DNA of 1,400 nucleotides. Source: Naegleria gruberi (lineage: Eukaryota). The DNA lies in the NCBI GenBank assembly GCA_000004985.1, contig GG739430.1; one strand, 5' to 3'. The notes under the pieces are model-generated. The model did no database searches and had not been told where the DNA came from. It saw only the letters and a program-made list of their open reading frames with translations. Every line of letters begins with the position of its first letter. Within the stretch, counting starts at the first letter, position 1. Position numbers and translations under genes: made by a program. Below are positions 1 through 1,400 of this stretch, piece by piece.

Positions 1-349
1 TCAATTTAAATCACAACATTACATGTCTAAATATATTAATGAAAAAAATAAAAATTTAAATTAAATGTGAGAGACTCGATTTGTTTTGATATATATTTGG
101 ATAATCTGTTTATATTTCAAACTTTCATGAATGAATGGCAAAGCATTGTTTTAAATAGAATGATTTATGTACAATTATTCCCTCTCTCATTAAATCTATA
201 TTATCCATCCATGTAAGATATTATTACTCGAATCAACAACTACAGTAAATAGAAAGATTAACAAAAATATCTTAATGGTTATTATTGTCAATGATGATTA
301 AACACGTGTTTATTGTTGTGTACAATAATAACAGAACATTTAATAAAAA
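1..349 (+). promoter_or_regulatory. AT-rich upstream or 5' flanking region of the RING E3 gene, presumed to hold the promoter and 5' UTR.
   Basis: No ORF on either strand. Extreme A/T content with homopolymer A/T runs is typical of Dictyostelium intergenic DNA. The A-run immediately precedes the ATG. Confidence 0.5.
299..312. promoter_or_regulatory. 14-bp perfect palindrome TAAACACGTGTTTA with a CACGTG (E-box/G-box type) core, 38-51 bp upstream of the start codon.
   Basis: The reverse complement is identical. It is a GC-containing palindrome in an otherwise almost pure A/T upstream region. A transcription-factor binding function is inferred only. Confidence 0.3.
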
Positions 350-991
350 ATGATTTCATCATCATCAACTGCCACTACTAGTAATAATAATATGTTATCA
401 TCATCATCACCATCATCACAAATGAATGAATTAGATGATGATCCAATAATAGTTGATTATGTATCAGATATATCAGATAGTGAAGATTTACATTATCAAA
501 ATATTAATACAAATCAATCTACTTTTATTAATGAAATTAATCAATCATCATCATCATCTACCACCAACAATAACACCTCCTCCTCCTCCGATAGTACTAA
601 TAATAATGAATTAAATAATAATAATATAAATAATACAACAACAACAAGTATAATCAATCCATCGTCATCATCTCCGTCATCATCAACCATTGAAACATTA
701 AAATCATCATCCAATTCTACAAATACACAACAACAAGAAGAAAATGATGATGATAATATGTGGTCATGTAATATATGTTTTGATACAGCAAGTGAACCAG
801 TTATAACACAATGTGGACATTTATATTGTTGGTCTTGTATATATAGATGGATGCAAAGTCATTCAACTCAAAATTTACAATGTCCTGTTTGTAAAGCAGG
901 TATTCAACAAGATAAATTAATTCCTATTTATGGTAGAGGTCATTCAAATAATTCATCATCTAATAATAATAATTCTAATTCATCAATCTAA
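350..991 (+). CDS. N-terminal segment in frame 2: a Ser/Asn/Thr-rich low-complexity extension of about 135 aa followed by a complete C3HC4 RING finger and the YGRG motif. It ends at TAA 989-991.
   Basis: ORF from the supplied track. ATG 350 sits in an A-run (taataaaaaaATGa) with an in-frame TAA at 341-343 immediately upstream. Codon usage is strongly A/T at the third position. The RING spacing and flanking motifs match the RNF5/RNF185 family. Confidence 0.85.
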   Translation: MISSSSTATTSNNNMLSSSSPSSQMNELDDDPIIVDYVSDISDSEDLHYQNINTNQSTFINEINQSSSSSTTNNNTSSSSDSTNNNELNNNNINNTTTTSIINPSSSSPSSSTIETLKSSSNSTNTQQQEENDDDNMWSCNICFDTASEPVITQCGHLYCWSCIYRWMQSHSTQNLQCPVCKAGIQQDKLIPIYGRGHSNNSSSNNNNSNSSI

Positions 992-1370
992 TAATAATAA
1001 TAATAATACTCATTCAAATATACCACAAAGACCTAGAGGACAATATACAGATAGTAGAACAACACCAAATCCAAATTATAATCCATTTCATAATATGACT
1101 AATTTATTTGGTAATTTTAATACAAATACAAATATTGGTGGTGGTTTTACTTCATCTGGTAATCAATTTTTATTTTCAGATGCTTTTAGATTCTTTCCAT
1201 TCTTTGATTTAGCTTCTAATAATTTAAATAATAATAATTTAAATAATTTAAATAATAGAAATCATCCACTTGTACCTCCACCAATTGAACAAGAAGAATT
1301 ACAAGGTTTTGTTAGAAGATTAGCTCTATTTTTAGGTTTTATTTTATTATTTTATATTATTTTTGTTTAA
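350..1370 (+). CDS. RNF5/RNF185-family membrane-anchored RING (C3HC4) E3 ubiquitin ligase, gene-level span. The reading frame is interrupted: frame 2 runs 350-991 and frame 0 runs about 990-1370.
   Basis: The two six-frame ORFs together reconstruct the whole RNF5 architecture. The N-terminal part has the RING C-x2-C-x11-C-x-H-x2-C-x2-C-x14-C-x2-C followed by [20 protein letters not shown] (human RNF5 has [20 protein letters not shown]). The C-terminal part has PQRPRGQ (human PRPQGQRP), a Gly/Phe-rich hydrophobic stretch and a terminal hydrophobic anchor [16 protein letters not shown] (human LFLFLAIFFFFWLLSI). The homology is recalled from memory, not searched. Confidence 0.75.
545..589 (+). 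repeat. Codon-level simple repeat encoding [15 protein letters not shown]; codon choice switches from (TCA)n to (ACC)/(TCC)n.
   Basis: Sequence tcatcatcatcatct accacc aacaataac acc tcctcctcctcc. A second (TCA)n Ser run lies at 398-418, and an (AAT)n Asn run at about 600-640. Confidence 0.8.
767..892 (+). other. RING-HC (C3HC4) zinc-finger domain: [42 protein letters not shown].
   Basis: Eight metal ligands sit at canonical spacing: C140, C143, C155, H157, C160, C163, C178, C181 of the frame-2 protein. tgt codons 767-769 and 890-892 were verified by hand. Confidence 0.9.
941..1029 (+). repeat. G-free (AAT)n/(TCA)n coding microsatellite tract that spans the frame discontinuity.
   Basis: There is no G between 941 and 1029. 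It contains the runs taataataataat and ctaataataataataataatact. Both overlapping frames are open across 930-991. Confidence 0.8.
990..1370 (+). CDS. C-terminal segment in frame 0, part of six-frame ORF 930-1370. It carries a poly-Asn linker, the RPRGQ motif, a GGGF/FxF-rich hydrophobic region, a poly-Asn/Leu insert and a C-terminal transmembrane helix. It ends at TAA 1368-1370.
   Basis: Frame-0 translation from about 990 ([23 protein letters not shown]...) aligns with the RNF5 C-terminal half. The 930-983 part of the track ORF ([18 protein letters not shown]) overlaps the conserved YGRG codons of the other frame and is probably not translated. The exact start of frame-0 coding is uncertain (about 975-1020). 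Confidence 0.7.
   Translation, partial: NNNNNNTHSNIPQRPRGQYTDSRTTPNPNYNPFHNMTNLFGNFNTNTNIGGGFTSSGNQFLFSDAFRFFPFFDLASNNLNNNNLNNLNNRNHPLVPPPIEQEELQGFVRRLALFLGFILLFYIIFV
1137..1217 (+). other. Gly/Phe-rich semi-hydrophobic region ([26 protein letters not shown]), the counterpart of the RNF5 first membrane-associated segment.
   Basis: Resembles human RNF5 GGFQPFGDTGGFHFSFGVGAFPFGFFTTVF. It contains D and R, so it may be amphipathic or re-entrant rather than a clean TM helix. Confidence 0.45.
1320..1367 (+). other. Predicted C-terminal transmembrane anchor ([16 protein letters not shown]), tail-anchor type as in RNF5/RNF185.
   Basis: An uninterrupted run of 16 hydrophobic residues at the extreme C-terminus, encoded by a T-rich tract (TTT/ATT/TTA codons). 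The position matches the RNF5 membrane anchor. Confidence 0.7.
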
Positions 1371-1400
1371 TTGAATCGAAATATTTTTAAATGAAATTAA

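Noticed and set aside
68-189. A 7-bp inverted repeat, TGAGAGA (68-74) paired with TCTCTCA (183-189)
   Set aside because: The arms are too short and the 108-nt spacer too long to be meaningful. A chance match is expected. There are no flanking features of a transposon or a hairpin.
1-349. A divergent minus-strand gene starting in the upstream region
   Set aside because: Minus-strand ATGs at 24-22 and 19-17 run into stop codons within 1-2 codons. The six-frame track lists no minus-strand ORF of useful length.
930-983. The 5' part of track ORF 930-1370 ([18 protein letters not shown]) as real coding sequence or an independent start
   Set aside because: It overlaps, in another frame, the conserved YGRG codons of the RING protein. 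Its Ile/His/Leu-rich translation comes from reading the AAT/TCA microsatellite out of frame. The conserved part of this frame begins only around 990-1023.
350-991. Identification as the classic Dictyostelium RING protein DG17
   Set aside because: DG17, as I recall it, is a larger protein with a different RING context. The motif set here (KAGI..DK.IP.YGRG, PRGQ, GF-rich region and tail anchor) is specific to RNF5/RNF185.
381-1010. Tandem AAT/TCA repeats as CRISPR-like or satellite arrays
   Set aside because: They are in-frame codon repeats encoding poly-Asn and poly-Ser, typical of Dictyostelium proteins. They have no repeat-spacer periodicity and the context is eukaryotic.
933-1038. A canonical GT-AG intron (933..1038 or 939..1038) joining the two ORFs
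   Set aside because: These are the only phase-compatible pairings. The donors are weak for Dictyostelium (GTAGAG, GTCATT). The acceptor AG at 1037-1038 follows two other AGs at 1029-1030 and 1035-1036. The splice would delete the conserved RPRG motif. No AG exists anywhere in 941-1028. Kept as a low-probability alternative inside finding 1.
1371-1400. Polyadenylation signal or terminator after the stop codon
   Set aside because: Only 30 nt of 3' flank are present and there is no AATAAA. Nothing can be called.

Overview
This is a very AT-rich eukaryotic window whose codon usage (TCA/AAT/CAA-dominated), poly-Asn/Ser low complexity and AAAAATG start context point to a social amoeba of the Dictyostelium type. 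It contains one protein-coding gene on the + strand and nothing prokaryotic: no CRISPR array, RNA gene or mobile element. The gene encodes a homologue of the RNF5/RNF185 ER-membrane RING (C3HC4) E3 ubiquitin ligases. It reads from ATG 350 in frame 2 through a complete RING finger (767-892) and the conserved KAGI..DK.IP.YGRG motif, then reaches TAA at 989-991. It continues in frame 0 from about 990 with the family's RPRGQ motif, a Gly/Phe-rich hydrophobic region and a C-terminal transmembrane anchor, ending at TAA 1368-1370. The two halves are joined by a +1 frame change inside an 89-nt G-free (AAT)n/(TCA)n tract that contains no AG dinucleotide. A canonical GT-AG intron therefore cannot join the conserved motifs. 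The junction is most likely a 1-bp indel in a microsatellite (sequencing error or allele), less likely a pseudogene, an unusual intron, or an antizyme-like programmed +1 frameshift at AUC-UAA-U. Positions 1-349 are AT-rich upstream sequence carrying a 14-bp perfect palindrome with a CACGTG core about 40 bp before the ATG. No large ORFs are listed on the minus strand in the supplied track. I see no evidence of a novel multi-gene system; the frame discontinuity and a SIM-like motif in the N-terminal extension are the items worth follow-up.
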